A stretch of 64,000 nt of DNA from Opitutales bacterium (lineage in GTDB: Bacteria > Verrucomicrobiota > Verrucomicrobiia > Opitutales > CAXXNP01), in assembly GCA_963666595.2 (NCBI GenBank), contig CAXXSV010000002.1, positions 149,241-213,240 on the forward strand, read 5' to 3'. Below the pieces are notes generated by a model. The model made no database searches and was not told the origin of the DNA. It saw only the letters and a list, made by a program, of their open reading frames with translations. A program made the position numbers and the translations under genes. This document shows, one piece after another, positions 40,715-49,679 of this stretch (positions are counted from its first letter, which is position 1; the number at the start of each line of letters is the position of its first letter).

Positions 40715-41323
40715 ATGAAAACTGTCCCAAAAAATATTCATCCGGAATTTGCCCGCCATCTAGATAAAGCAAAAAAGGAAGCCCTATTAAAACAAAGCGG
40801 TAAGGTAGTGTGGCTCTACGGATTGTCGGGCTCGGGCAAGAGCACCCTCGCAAACGCGCTTGAAAAACGCCTGCACGCAGAGGGATTTCATTCCGTGGTT
40901 CTTGATGCCGACAATATTCGCACGGGCCTAAATCGCGATCTGGGCTTCTCCGATGAAGATCGGCGTGAGAACATCCGTCGCGTAGCCGAGACGGCCCGTT
41001 TATTTCTTGATGCCGGTGTCATAGTAATAACAGCATTTATCACGCCCAGTCGTGAGCTTCGCAAGATGGCTCGTCAGATAATCGGAGAGAGTGATTTTTT
41101 TGAGATTTTCGTGAAATGCTCCTACGAAACTTGCGCTCAACGCGATGTCAAGGGACTCTACGCCAAGGCCCGGGCTGGCGAAGTAGAAAAATTTACGGGT
41201 CGCGATTCCACATTCGAGGAACCGGAGAATCCCAACTTGCTGCTCGATACAGAGAGTAAAAGCCTGGCTGAATGTTTCGAAGCCCTTTATGCGTTGGTCA
41301 TTCCCGCTCTCCGGCTCAATTAA
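40715..41323 (+). CDS. cysC: Adenylyl-sulfate kinase
   Basis: GLSGSGKST, DLGFS..DR.ENIRR, RDVKGLY. Confidence 0.95.
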   Translation: MKTVPKNIHPEFARHLDKAKKEALLKQSGKVVWLYGLSGSGKSTLANALEKRLHAEGFHSVVLDADNIRTGLNRDLGFSDEDRRENIRRVAETARLFLDAGVIVITAFITPSRELRKMARQIIGESDFFEIFVKCSYETCAQRDVKGLYAKARAGEVEKFTGRDSTFEEPENPNLLLDTESKSLAECFEALYALVIPALRLN

Positions 41324-41399
41324 AGCGAAAATTCCTTTTTCGGATTGCCATTCAAGATTGTACATCTCAATTCCTCTGTCCCTTTCAGTCATATCGGCC

Positions 41400-42311
41400 A
41401 TGCAACACCATTCATATACTGTAAAGCATTTGCAGCACCTGGAGTCCGAAGCTATTTTCGTTCTTCGGGAAACAACCGCGCAATTTCAGAACCCCGTCCT
41501 TTTATTTTCCGGTGGCAAGGACTCGATAGTGCTCACCCGGCTTTCCGAAAAAGCTTTTTGGCCGGCCAAATTACCATTCCAGCTTCTGCACATCGACACT
41601 GGACACAATTTTCCAGAAACCCTTCAGTTTCGAGACAGTTTGGTAGAAAAGATAAAAGCAAGACTCATTGTCCGTACCGTGCAGGATTCCATAGACAATG
41701 GAAGGGTGGTGGAGGAAAAAGGCTCGAACGCCAGCCGCAATGCCCTGCAGACAATTACTCTGCTGGACGCCATCGAGGAATTAAAGTTCGATGCCGCCAT
41801 TGGTGGAGCACGTCGCGACGAAGAGAAAGCGCGAGCCAAGGAGCGCTTTTTCTCGCACCGTAATGAATTCGGTCAATGGGAACCCAAGCAACAACGCCCG
41901 GAATTGTGGAACCTTTTCAACGGACGGAAAAATTTCGGCGAACACTTCCGTGTCTTCCCGCTGAGCAATTGGACCGAAATGGATGTCTGGCAATACATCA
42001 GTCGCGAGAAGCTGGAACTTCCCAGCCTCTATTTTTCGCACGAGCGCGACGTGGTTCAGCGCAACGGCGTATTACTAGCCGTCACCGAACACCTTACTCT
42101 GAGTCCAGGTGAGCAAGTGGAGCGCAAATCAGTCCGCTACCGCACAGTCGGCGATTCCGTCTGCACCGGCGCCGTCGAAACCATGGCAAAAACACTTGAT
42201 GACATTATAGCTGAAGTAGCTGCCGCCCGTCTCGGCGAACGCGGGACCCGAGTCGACGACCAACGCTCTGAATCTGCGATGGAAGACCGCAAACGGGAAG
42301 GCTATTTTTAA
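41400..42311 (+). CDS. cysD: Sulfate adenylyltransferase subunit 2
   Basis: LESEAI, FSGGKDS, GGARRDEE, QRPELW, RKREGYF; start reassigned to ATG 41400. Confidence 0.96.
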   Translation: MQHHSYTVKHLQHLESEAIFVLRETTAQFQNPVLLFSGGKDSIVLTRLSEKAFWPAKLPFQLLHIDTGHNFPETLQFRDSLVEKIKARLIVRTVQDSIDNGRVVEEKGSNASRNALQTITLLDAIEELKFDAAIGGARRDEEKARAKERFFSHRNEFGQWEPKQQRPELWNLFNGRKNFGEHFRVFPLSNWTEMDVWQYISREKLELPSLYFSHERDVVQRNGVLLAVTEHLTLSPGEQVERKSVRYRTVGDSVCTGAVETMAKTLDDIIAEVAAARLGERGTRVDDQRSESAMEDRKREGYF

Positions 42312-42318
42312 TATACTA

Positions 42319-43593
42319 ATGACTCATAAAGACCCAAAATATTCAGGAATGGACCTGTTGCGTTTTACTACCGCAGGCAGTGTTGACGATGGCAAGAGCA
42401 CGCTCATCGGCCGGTTGATGTATGAAACGAAGAATATTTTTAAAGATCAACTCGAGGCCGTCGAGAGAACCAGCAGACAGCGCGGCGATGATTATATCAA
42501 CCTTGCACTCCTTACCGACGGCTTGCGCGCAGAGCGCGAACAGGGCATCACAATCGACGTGGCCTATCGCTACTTTGCCACTCCAAAACGCAAATTCATT
42601 ATCGCGGATACGCCCGGCCATATTCAATACACCCGCAACATGGTTACCGGCGCTTCTACCGCCAGTCTGGCCGTTATTCTAATCGACGCTCGCAAAGGGG
42701 TCCTTGAACAAACCTGCCGCCACGCCTTCATCGCTTCCCTGCTGCGCATCGGACATGTGGTCGTTTGTGTCAACAAAATGGATTTGGTGGATTACCAGGA
42801 GGAGGTATTTGAAAAGATTGTTGCCGACTTCATAAGCTTTGCTTCCCGCCTGGATATCGCCGACATGACTTTTATTCCCATCAGTGCTCTGAAGGGAGAC
42901 AATGTCGTGGAAAAATCTTCCAACATGCCTTGGTATGAGGGGCCTACCTTTTTATACCACTTGGAGCATGTTTACATCGGACCGGACGCCAACCAGGTCG
43001 ACGCCCGCTTCCCGGTGCAATGGGTCATCCGGCCTCAATCAGATAAATTCCATGATTTCCGGGGATATGCCGGTAAAGTAGCCAGCGGAGTCTTCAAGCC
43101 GGGCGACGATGTCCTGATTTTACCATCCGGATTCACATCGCGAATCAAGGGCATCCACACAATCGACGGCGACCTCAAGGAAGCCTTTTACCCTCAATCG
43201 GTGAGCATTACTCTGGATGATGAAATCGACATCAGTCGCGGGGACATGATTGTTAAACCGCAAAACCAGCCAAAGGTGGGCCAGGACCTGGACCTTATGC
43301 TCTGCTGGTTCTCGGACAATAAAAAACTCCTCCCTCGGGCCAGATACATACTCCGACATACCACAAGGGAAGTTAAGGCGCTGGTGAAAGAAGTTTCCTA
43401 CAAGGTAAATGTAAACACCCTTCACAAAATCGAAGATCTACACGAACTTGGCCTCAACGACATAGGGCGTGTGCTACTGCGTACTTCCAGCCCTCTATTT
43501 TTCGACAGCTACAGGCGCAACCGCAATACCGGCGGCATTATTCTCATTGACGAGTTATCTAACGAGACAGTCGCCGCCGGCATGATTCGCTAA
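42319..43593 (+). CDS. cysN: Sulfate adenylyltransferase subunit 1 (GTPase)
   Basis: GSVDDGKSTLIGRL, EREQGITIDVAY, DTPGH, NKMD; no fused CysC domain. Confidence 0.96.
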   Translation: MTHKDPKYSGMDLLRFTTAGSVDDGKSTLIGRLMYETKNIFKDQLEAVERTSRQRGDDYINLALLTDGLRAEREQGITIDVAYRYFATPKRKFIIADTPGHIQYTRNMVTGASTASLAVILIDARKGVLEQTCRHAFIASLLRIGHVVVCVNKMDLVDYQEEVFEKIVADFISFASRLDIADMTFIPISALKGDNVVEKSSNMPWYEGPTFLYHLEHVYIGPDANQVDARFPVQWVIRPQSDKFHDFRGYAGKVASGVFKPGDDVLILPSGFTSRIKGIHTIDGDLKEAFYPQSVSITLDDEIDISRGDMIVKPQNQPKVGQDLDLMLCWFSDNKKLLPRARYILRHTTREVKALVKEVSYKVNVNTLHKIEDLHELGLNDIGRVLLRTSSPLFFDSYRRNRNTGGIILIDELSNETVAAGMIR

Positions 43594-43672
43594 TTGCGTG
43601 ATCCCCGTTCGGCCTTGTTGTCAAGTTAGCCCGGCCTTGCTGGAAAACACGCAAAATGTGCTAACACATAAA

Positions 43673-43691
43673 CGTATAACTGCGTTATACG
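43673..43691. terminator. Hairpin between convergent cysN and alaS, possible terminator
   Basis: CGTATAAC-TGC-GTTATACG perfect 8-bp stem; no clear U-tract. Confidence 0.3.
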
Positions 43692-43748
43692 AATAGAAGG
43701 TTAAGTTGGAGTTATTAAACGCCTGGTCTTGATTTTGGCAATTGACCT

Positions 43749-46421
43749 TTACTTTACAGCAGCGAGGAAGTCTTCGAGGGCCTTTTCCAGTTTTCCGGGT
43801 TCCTTGCCGCCACCCATTGCAAAGTCGGCCTTGCCACCTCCTTTGCCTCCCAATTGTCCCGCCAATTCCCGCACTATGTCTCCGGCCTTGTGTCCCGCTT
43901 TGATGGCTTCGGGTGAGCACAGTGCCAGCACGGAGGCCTTGCCTTCGAAATCGCCGCCGAACACAACTACGCTGGCTGTCAGTTTTTGCGAAACATCAAC
44001 CGCGAGCTTTCTCATTTCATTGGGGTCGGCCACATCAACCTTGGCAGCCACCCAGTGAATACCACTTTTCTCGGAGGCGCTTGAGGCCAATTCGTCGGCC
44101 AGGGCGGCCACGTCTTTTTTCCTTGCTCCGCGTAATTCCTTTTCCAGTGCGCTTCGTTGCTTGAGCAGTGATGCAAAGCGCGCTTCCAGCTCCTGAGGCT
44201 TGCAGGATAATTTCTGACTCAAGGTCATTAATAGATCGTAATTACCTTCCATCAAGCCGTAGGCGGTTTGTCCTGCCACCGCTTCGATACGGCGGGTGCC
44301 GGCGGCAATGGATGATTCACTCACTATCTTGACCAGGCCGATTTCGCCGGTGGCGCCGACGTGAGTGCCGCCGCACAATTCCACCGAGTATCCTCCGATA
44401 TCGACCACGCGCACTACATTGCCGTATTTCTCTCCGAAGAAAGCGATGCAGTTTTCCGGTTTCTCGTTGAACGGAACTTCATACCAGTTAACGTCTGCGT
44501 TTTCCAGAATGCGCTTGTTGGTCAACGCTTCGATTTCATGCAATTGTTCACTGTCAGGATGCTCGAAGTGGGAGAAGTCGAATCGCAGTCTGTTTTCCGC
44601 CACAAGCGATCCCGCCTGTTTCACGTGCTCGCCCAACACCTTGCGCAATGCCCAATGGAGAATATGAGTTGCGCTGTGATGGCGCTGGATAGCCAGCCGG
44701 CGTTCCATATTAATTGTTAACGAAGCCTTTTTCCCCGCGAGGTTTTCCACGGTATCGACTTCTATATGGTGCAGATATTGTCCCGCATTATCCAAAATCG
44801 TATCCAGAATTTGAATACGACTGTCTTCCATTACGACTTCTCCAGTATCTCCGACCTGGCCTCCCATTTCGGCATAGAAGGGGCTTTTTGGGAAGACGAT
44901 GTAGGTACGGTCATTAGATTGAATGACCTCCTGCACCTCTGTCTCCAGATCTTTCAGTGAATTGCTCTCATAGCCCACAAATTGAGTGGAGGCCGCTCCC
45001 CCTTCTTTATCGGAAACGGAAACGACGTCTTTTTTTCTGGCGTCGCGGGCGCGTTTGCGTTGCTTTTCCATTTCCTTGTTAAAGCCCTCAGTGTCCACTT
45101 CCATGTTGCGTTCTCTCGCGACGACCTGGGTGAGGTCGAGGGGAAAGCCGTAGGTGTCATAAAGCAAAAAGGCGTCTTCGCCGCCTATGCCACCTTTTTT
45201 TTTGGCGGTTATCTTGTCAAGGATCTGAATGCCGCGGTCTATTGTGCGGTCAAATGCCGATTCTTCAGCAAGGATAACCTTGCGGATGACTTCCTGTTGT
45301 TCGCGCAATTCGGGAAATACCGGGCCGAGTGTATCCAGTACCGGGGAGACCAGTTGGCTGAAAGAGCCGGGATCAAGATCGAGACGCCGGCCCCAGAGCA
45401 CCGCGCGGCGCAGTATACGCCGTAACACGTAATTGCGTCCCTCGTTGCCCGGCAGTATACCGTCGCCGATGGCGCAACAGAGAGTGCGTATGTGGTCGGC
45501 CAGCACGCGGAAAGCGCAATCACGCATTTCCTCAACTGACAGATCGTGGCGGTTGACCGGCACGGAGCCTCCGTAGATATGGCCGCACATTTTTGCAAGG
45601 CTGCTGAAGATAGTTTTAAAAAGATCGCTCTCGTAGTTGCTGGGGGGGCGGGAAAAATCGGTAAAATTACTTGTCGATGCCATGATGCCGGCAACGCGCT
45701 CGAAACCCAAACCCGTATCTACATGCCTGGCCGTCAGAGGCAGGTAGGAGCCGTCCTCCGCGGCATTGAATTGGATAAAGACCAGGTTCCATATCTCGAT
45801 GCTAAGGGGCGAATCGCCGTTTACCAGGCTCCCTTGGCTATCTCCCTTTTCTGTCAAGTCCATGTGAATCTCACTGCACGGACCGCAGGGACCCGTTTCG
45901 CCCATCATCCAGAAATTGTCATTTTTCCCGCCATGCAGTAAATGAATCTTAAGGTCCATGCCCTCCGCCTTAAAAACTTCCGACCAGCAATCCGATGCCT
46001 CCTGGTCAAACTCGGCTGGATCGCCTTCACCGGGGTTGTAAACGGTGACGTAGAGACGCTCTTTGGGAAACCCCCAAACCTCGGTCAAAAGTTCCCAGGC
46101 CCAGGAAATCGCCTCTTTTTTGAAATAGTCGTCGAAAGACCAATTGCCCAGCATCTCAAAGAATGTGTGGTGGTAAGTATCGAACCCGACGTCCTCGAGG
46201 TCATTGTGTTTACCGCCTGCTCGAATGCATTTCTGGGTGTTTGCAACTCGCGGATGGAGGGCTTCTCTCTCGTCCAGGAAGTTTGGAACGAACTGGTTCA
46301 TACCCGCGTTGGTGAACAGCAAGTTTGGCGAATCAGGCAATAGCGTGCTAGAGGGCACGATGGCGTGCTCTTTCGCTTTAAAAAAATCCAGAAAGGACTG
46401 CCGTATTTCCGAAGAGGTCAT
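43749..46421 (-). CDS. alaS: Alanine--tRNA ligase
   Basis: LLFTNAGM, HHTFFEMLGN, GPCGPCSE, editing motifs HSATH and ELCGGTH, GGKGGG; start at MTSSEIR. Confidence 0.97.
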   Translation of the reverse strand: MTSSEIRQSFLDFFKAKEHAIVPSSTLLPDSPNLLFTNAGMNQFVPNFLDEREALHPRVANTQKCIRAGGKHNDLEDVGFDTYHHTFFEMLGNWSFDDYFKKEAISWAWELLTEVWGFPKERLYVTVYNPGEGDPAEFDQEASDCWSEVFKAEGMDLKIHLLHGGKNDNFWMMGETGPCGPCSEIHMDLTEKGDSQGSLVNGDSPLSIEIWNLVFIQFNAAEDGSYLPLTARHVDTGLGFERVAGIMASTSNFTDFSRPPSNYESDLFKTIFSSLAKMCGHIYGGSVPVNRHDLSVEEMRDCAFRVLADHIRTLCCAIGDGILPGNEGRNYVLRRILRRAVLWGRRLDLDPGSFSQLVSPVLDTLGPVFPELREQQEVIRKVILAEESAFDRTIDRGIQILDKITAKKKGGIGGEDAFLLYDTYGFPLDLTQVVARERNMEVDTEGFNKEMEKQRKRARDARKKDVVSVSDKEGGAASTQFVGYESNSLKDLETEVQEVIQSNDRTYIVFPKSPFYAEMGGQVGDTGEVVMEDSRIQILDTILDNAGQYLHHIEVDTVENLAGKKASLTINMERRLAIQRHHSATHILHWALRKVLGEHVKQAGSLVAENRLRFDFSHFEHPDSEQLHEIEALTNKRILENADVNWYEVPFNEKPENCIAFFGEKYGNVVRVVDIGGYSVELCGGTHVGATGEIGLVKIVSESSIAAGTRRIEAVAGQTAYGLMEGNYDLLMTLSQKLSCKPQELEARFASLLKQRSALEKELRGARKKDVAALADELASSASEKSGIHWVAAKVDVADPNEMRKLAVDVSQKLTASVVVFGGDFEGKASVLALCSPEAIKAGHKAGDIVRELAGQLGGKGGGKADFAMGGGKEPGKLEKALEDFLAAVK

Positions 46422-46515
46422 TTGGGAGGTGCGACTGAAGGTTAGATTATAAAAATCTAGATTCCAAGAAACACTTTTTAGTCCCGGCCACCCGGGATAA
46501 GGATTTTCACCGAGT

Positions 46516-47583
46516 TCAGCCGGCAACAAGCTCGGCGGTCATATCGCCGACATCGGAGGTACTGTAGCCCATTTGGCCTGCGCCCAGTCCTTTAAGACGG
46601 TTACTCGTGATTTCAATTACCGCTCTTTCTATGGCCTGGGCTGCGTCGTTCTGCCCGAGTGTTTCGAGCATCATCTGTCCGGCGCAAATGGCGGCGAGGG
46701 GGTTAATGACGTTTTTGCCTGTGTATTTTGGGGCCGAGCCGCCGATGGGCTCAAACATGCTTACACCCTCTGGGTTGATGTTGGCACCCGCGGCGATGCC
46801 CATTCCGCCCTGGGTGATAGCACCGAGATCGGTGATTATGTCGCCAAACATATTTCCGGTCACAATAACGTCGAACCACTCCGGATTTTTAACCATCCAC
46901 ATGCAGGTGGCATCGACGTGGTAGTATTCGCGGTTAACTTCCGGGTAGTCCGCCTTGCCCATTTCGTGAAAGGCACGTTCCCAGAGATCGTAAATGTAAG
47001 TCAGCACATTGGTCTTGCCGCACAGTGCCAGGGTTTTTTTCTTGTTTCGCTTGATGCAGTATTCAAATGCGTAGCGCAGGCAGCGATCCACCTGGTGACG
47101 GGTGTAAACCGCGCTCTGGACCGCGACCTCCTGCTTCGTGCCTTTCATGCTGAATCCTCCGATGCCGGTGTAAATTCCGCCGGTGTTTTCCCGCACGACG
47201 ACATAGTCGATGTCTTCGGGCCCCTTGTTTTTGAGCGGTGTTTCGACGCCGGGGTAGAGTTTGACGGGGCGCAGGTTTATATACTGATCAAGATCGAATC
47301 GCAGGCGCAATAGTATGCCTTTTTCGAGAATGCCCGGCTTGACATCGGGATGTCCGATTGCCCCCAAAAGGATGGCGTCATGTCCGCGAAGTTCCTCAAT
47401 CGCGGAATCAGGTAACACCTCTCCGGTTCGCAGGTAACGTTCACCTCCAAAATCGTATGGGGTCGTATCGAGCTTGAAACCATATTTACCGGCCGCGGCA
47501 TCGAGAACCTTTAGGGCTTCGTTAGTGACTTCGGCTCCGGTTCCGTCACCGGGAATAACCGCTATTTTATAGGTCTGGCTCAT
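46516..47583 (-). CDS. leuB: 3-isopropylmalate dehydrogenase
   Basis: IPGDGTG, NLRP, VRENT, NMFGDIITD, FEPIGGSAP; start at MSQTY. Confidence 0.88.
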   Translation of the reverse strand: MSQTYKIAVIPGDGTGAEVTNEALKVLDAAAGKYGFKLDTTPYDFGGERYLRTGEVLPDSAIEELRGHDAILLGAIGHPDVKPGILEKGILLRLRFDLDQYINLRPVKLYPGVETPLKNKGPEDIDYVVVRENTGGIYTGIGGFSMKGTKQEVAVQSAVYTRHQVDRCLRYAFEYCIKRNKKKTLALCGKTNVLTYIYDLWERAFHEMGKADYPEVNREYYHVDATCMWMVKNPEWFDVIVTGNMFGDIITDLGAITQGGMGIAAGANINPEGVSMFEPIGGSAPKYTGKNVINPLAAICAGQMMLETLGQNDAAQAIERAVIEITSNRLKGLGAGQMGYSTSDVGDMTAELVAG

Positions 47584-47734
47584 GAATGTTCCATTTGGAT
47601 TGATTGTAAGTAAAGGCTGAAAAGGTGGTTTAAAGGAAAATACGAGACATGCCGCAACCAAAAACCCTGCGGAAAACTCATCCCGAACGAAATCGGGTTG
47701 CCTCGGAGCCGTGCCCAGGTTCAATCTGGTGGGC

Positions 47735-48367
47735 ATGGAATTCCGCATCTATGAGTTGCCGCCCATCGGCACAAACGCCTATCTCCTGCTCGATTCTGAC
47801 CGAAAAGAGGCATTGCTCTTCGATGCTCCAATGAATGCCTGGACCGAAGCAGACAAGGCGTTGCGCGAATTGGACTGCCGGCTATCGGCCCTGCTGCTGA
47901 CTCATGGCCATTGGGATCACATTATTGATGTCGCTGAGATCACAAAACATGGAGTGTCCGTATATGCCCACCCGGACGATTTGAGCCTCATTGAAAATCC
48001 CTCAAAGATGGGGAGCTATTTCCAGCCGGGTTTAAAAATCCTGCCCGGTCGTGTGGACCACTTTGTCGAAAATGGCCAAAATCTAAGCCTGATTGGCCAG
48101 ACTATCGAAGTGCGCCACGTTCCTGGCCACAGCGATGGAAGTGTGCTCTTTTATATTAAGGAACTGGAATTGGCGATCTCCGGCGATGCCATATTTGCAG
48201 GCGGCGTCGGACGCACGGACCTCCCAAATGGCAGTATGGATGTGCTGTCGCAATCCATCCGCGAGAATATATATTCGCTCCCCGATTCCACGGTGCTCTT
48301 TCCAGGGCACGGACCCCGCACAACGGTCGGAGAAGAAATGCAAAACAATCCCTTTGTCCGCGCCTAG
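47735..48367 (+). CDS. MBL-fold metallo-hydrolase (glyoxalase II-like)
   Basis: THGHWDH, PGHS, GD..F, PGHG, NPF. Confidence 0.92.
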   Translation: MEFRIYELPPIGTNAYLLLDSDRKEALLFDAPMNAWTEADKALRELDCRLSALLLTHGHWDHIIDVAEITKHGVSVYAHPDDLSLIENPSKMGSYFQPGLKILPGRVDHFVENGQNLSLIGQTIEVRHVPGHSDGSVLFYIKELELAISGDAIFAGGVGRTDLPNGSMDVLSQSIRENIYSLPDSTVLFPGHGPRTTVGEEMQNNPFVRA

Positions 48368-48376
48368 ACAGAAATT

Positions 48377-49492
48377 ATGCCCGCGAATAACGACAATACT
48401 TTCATGCGCCGGGCGCTTCGCCTCGCCCGCAAAGGATGGGGCGCAACCCATCCGAACCCCATGGTCGGCGCCGTCATCGCGGATGGCGCAAAACTTTTAG
48501 CCGAGAGCTACCATGCCGTCGCTGGAAAACCTCATGCAGAAGTCGACGCCCTCAGCCTGCTCAAGCCTCCATTTTCCGGCGAGACCACACTCTATGTGAC
48601 GCTCGAGCCGTGCTCAACGTCCGGACGCACTCCTCCATGCACCGATGCCATTATCAAATCTGGCCTAAAACGGGTTGTCATCGGCGCAACCGACCCCAAT
48701 CCCCGACATACGGGTCGCGGCATTGACCTATTGCGCGAGGCCGGTATCACGGTGCGAACCGGCGTACTTGCCGGTGATTGCAAAGACCTGAATCTCATTT
48801 TCAACCACTGGATAACTCGACATACACCTATGATCGCCGGAAAGACCGCCGCTACACTTGACGGCCGTATCGCCACCCGTACTGGCGAATCTAAATGGAT
48901 CACCGGTAAACTAGCTCGCAAAGACGTAATGCGCTGGCGCCGTCTTTTCCCATCCGTCGCCGTGGGTTCCGGAACCGTGCTAGCCGATAACCCGAACTTG
49001 ACAAGTCGCATAGGCAAGAAGGTCGTTTGTCCAATACGGTTCATTTTTGACGGCAGACTGCGAACGGTCGGGGATCCGATGCCAAATGTTTATACAGATG
49101 AATATAAAAAGCGGACTATTGTAATTACCTACAAAACCGCCGACAAAATTCTTAAGTCACGGTTGGCAGATGCCGGCATTATTATCTGGGAGTTTTCAGG
49201 CGAAGATGACATTGAAGCATTCTCACATTTCCGGGAGCGCTGTCTGCAAGAGGAAATAACCGGAGTTTTATGCGAAGGCGGGTCCAACCTGCTCAGCTCA
49301 ATGCTCCTGACCCGGAACCTGGATTACCTGTTCAGCTACCGGGCCCCAAGGCTGTTTGCCGACGAACAGACGCTGCCGATGTTAAAGGGCGCTTTGGGTA
49401 AAGACATCGAACAGGCCCCTTATCTATCTGATGTAAAACACAGGATTTTAGGTAACGATCAGCTGATGCGTGGGTATATGGTTTATTCGTAA
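48377..49492 (+). CDS. ribD: Riboflavin biosynthesis deaminase/reductase
   Basis: PNPMVG, HAE, TLEPC...RTPPC, LDG.IA, EGG. Confidence 0.95.
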   Translation: MPANNDNTFMRRALRLARKGWGATHPNPMVGAVIADGAKLLAESYHAVAGKPHAEVDALSLLKPPFSGETTLYVTLEPCSTSGRTPPCTDAIIKSGLKRVVIGATDPNPRHTGRGIDLLREAGITVRTGVLAGDCKDLNLIFNHWITRHTPMIAGKTAATLDGRIATRTGESKWITGKLARKDVMRWRRLFPSVAVGSGTVLADNPNLTSRIGKKVVCPIRFIFDGRLRTVGDPMPNVYTDEYKKRTIVITYKTADKILKSRLADAGIIIWEFSGEDDIEAFSHFRERCLQEEITGVLCEGGSNLLSSMLLTRNLDYLFSYRAPRLFADEQTLPMLKGALGKDIEQAPYLSDVKHRILGNDQLMRGYMVYS

Positions 49493-49537
49493 AAAAATAG
49501 AGATTTTAAATGCTTGATATCTAAGTGGTTGCAGAAT

Positions 49538-49601
49538 TTGACAAAGAACCTAGCAGAAATATGATTGACAGTATAAGTATACAGTATAATTATACTGTAT
49601 A
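49538..49601 (+). promoter_or_regulatory. Tandem sigma70-like promoters with a perfect 24-bp palindromic operator
   Basis: TTGACA(49538)-N16-TATGAT(49560); TTGACA(49565)-N20-TATACT(49591); palindrome TATACAGTATAA|TTATACTGTATA at 49578-49601. Confidence 0.7.
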
Positions 49602-49679
49602 TATTACATAATATATCCAAATAATTACTTAGGGGAATGGTCAACATTCACTTAACGGGAATAAAACAAACTGCCAATC

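Noticed and set aside
49595-49610. LexA SOS-box look-alike CTGTATATATTACAT
   Set aside because: Spacing and right arm do not fit CTGT-N8-ACAG; better explained as part of the 24-bp palindrome in an AT-rich tract.
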